NCBI GenBank assembly: GCA_009602725.1
Contig: WELB01000002.1
Coordinates: 2,108,427 to 2,128,426 of the forward strand
DNA from: Spirogloea muscicola
Taxonomy: Eukaryota
Direction: 5' to 3'
Length of the DNA: 20,000 bases
Below the pieces are notes generated by a model. That model had not been told where the DNA came from. It worked only from the letters and a program-made list of their open reading frames with translations, and did not search any database. Both the position numbers and the translations under genes were made by a program. Shown one piece after another: positions 18,805-20,000 of the stretch. The first letter of the stretch is position 1. Every line of letters begins with the position of its first letter.

Positions 18805-19299
18805 TGTAATGATCCAGCCGTTTGGGTAAACCACACGTTTCTGTTGTTATTACATGCCCGGCCATTTGGGTTTGGTGGCCCGCCAGGTGGCGGGCTGGTT
18901 TGTGGGGCAATTGGCCCGCCCAGGTGCGGGCCCCGCCCGTCCAGAAATGAGAGAAGGGCTCGCCCATTGAGGATAGGGGCTGGAAAAAGAAAAGCGCGCC
19001 CATAGAAAAGAGGGGCTGGCCAAGCCAGCCCAAAAAAGAAGGACGAAGGACGAGAAGGGGCCAGGGGAAGTACGAAGAACAACCAGAAACACCCCTCGCT
19101 AGGAACCACCCGTTCAAGGGAGATCCTTTGGCCCGCCGCAAGGCAGGCCATGGGGCGACCGGCTCAAGGGGGGGTGGCACGGGGAAGCACGAAAAGGAGC
19201 AGCCTTGCCGCTGCTCGCCGCAGATCACCCGCGGGAAGACGAGTTCTTCTACTTCCCGTGGCCCCTTCTCGTCCTTTGTTCATTATTTTCGGGGGTTCT

Positions 19300-20000
19300 T
19301 CCTGCTCGCTATCGATACGCACGGGGCGCTGGGCGCTCGGTGGCTCGAGCTGCTCAACCAGCTCTCACGCGAAGACTGGCACGCTGCCTTTCCAGACGGC
19401 TCTCCGCTCAGCCCGGGATGAGCTGCTTGCGGATCATCCCGCCCTGGTGCCACGGGCCGTCCCGTTCGCTCACCTCGCGCGCACGGCCGACCTGCGGGCC
19501 CAAGCTCGCTGCATGGCGGAGGTAGATGCGGCGTCTTTCTCCACGGCGCTGGGGCTTTTGCCTCCAGCCGACCTCCGGGGGCGCGCGCGACTGCTCTCGG
19601 CGTCCTCACCAGGGGCGGCTGCTTGGCTGTCGGCTCTGCCGATCCACGACGCGCTCCGGATGCCGGACGCCGCATTCCGAACGGCGGTGCACCGCCTCCT
19701 CGGCCTCCACCCACCATGCCTAGGTGGAGTACAACAGTGCGAGTGCGGCGAGCGCAGCCCGGACGCGGCGTCACTGGCAGCTCACATGCTCCGATGCGCA
19801 CGGGGAGGGGAGCGGACCGGCACACACGACCTGCTCCGGAACGCGATGTTTGGCATATTTGTCGAAGCCGGTTACACTGTGGCGCTGGAGAACTCCAGCA
19901 TCATGCCTCTGACTGCTGGGGCGGACGGCCGCCTCCACACCCGGCGCGCCGATCTCGTCGCTAGCGCGCTCGGCGGGGGGCCTCGGCTCATTGCCAACGT
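19300..20000 (+). mobile_element. Non-LTR retrotransposon (CRE/SLACS-like, R2 group): post-RT region, CCHC knuckle and start of the restriction-like endonuclease; runs off the window
   Basis: My translation of the frame starting at 19381 has no stop to the window end: RARLLSASSPGAAAWLSALP..DALRMPDAAFRTAVHRLLG...CECG...HMLRCARGGERTGTHDLLRN...E...RRADLV...LIAN(V). The left boundary is approximate. Confidence 0.8.

Larger units (their letters stand above)
16618..19225 (+). mobile_element. LTR element (type B2) whose interior is leader + integrase + chromodomain only; 3' LTR rearranged and truncated
   Basis: 5' LTR 16618-17124, PBS at 17128, IN from about 17300, PPT 18793-804, 3' LTR from 18805 with similarity ending near 19222. 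The right-hand TSD is not visible. Confidence 0.88.

Overview
The whole window is a GC-rich eukaryotic retrotransposon nest with no recognisable host gene; a green alga or early streptophyte is my inference. Almost all of it is Ty3/Gypsy chromovirus-type LTR element DNA, with two related LTR types: type A (TGTAACGTCC...GGACGTCACA, about 680-880 bp) and type B (TGTAA(C/T)GA...TACA, about 510-560 bp). There are three tRNA-iMet primer-binding sites (TGGTATCAGAG), three polypurine tracts, decayed gag/PR/RT/RNaseH/IN/chromodomain fragments and about 11 nested insertions. Four insertions have perfect 5-bp target-site duplications (GGGTG, GTAAG, CAACC, ACACG) and four have degenerate ones. The last 700 bp or so is the zinc-knuckle/restriction-like-endonuclease end of a CRE/R2-group non-LTR element that the ORF track misses. 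Most interesting: the coding functions appear partitioned. One LTR-B element carries only gag (3468-8128), one carries only integrase+chromodomain (16618-~19225), and a minus-strand gag-PR-RT-RH unit lacks integrase and runs from the end of RNase H into a second leader+gag. Its junction is reciprocal, to within a few bases by eye, to the junction of the integrase-only element. All alignments were made by eye.
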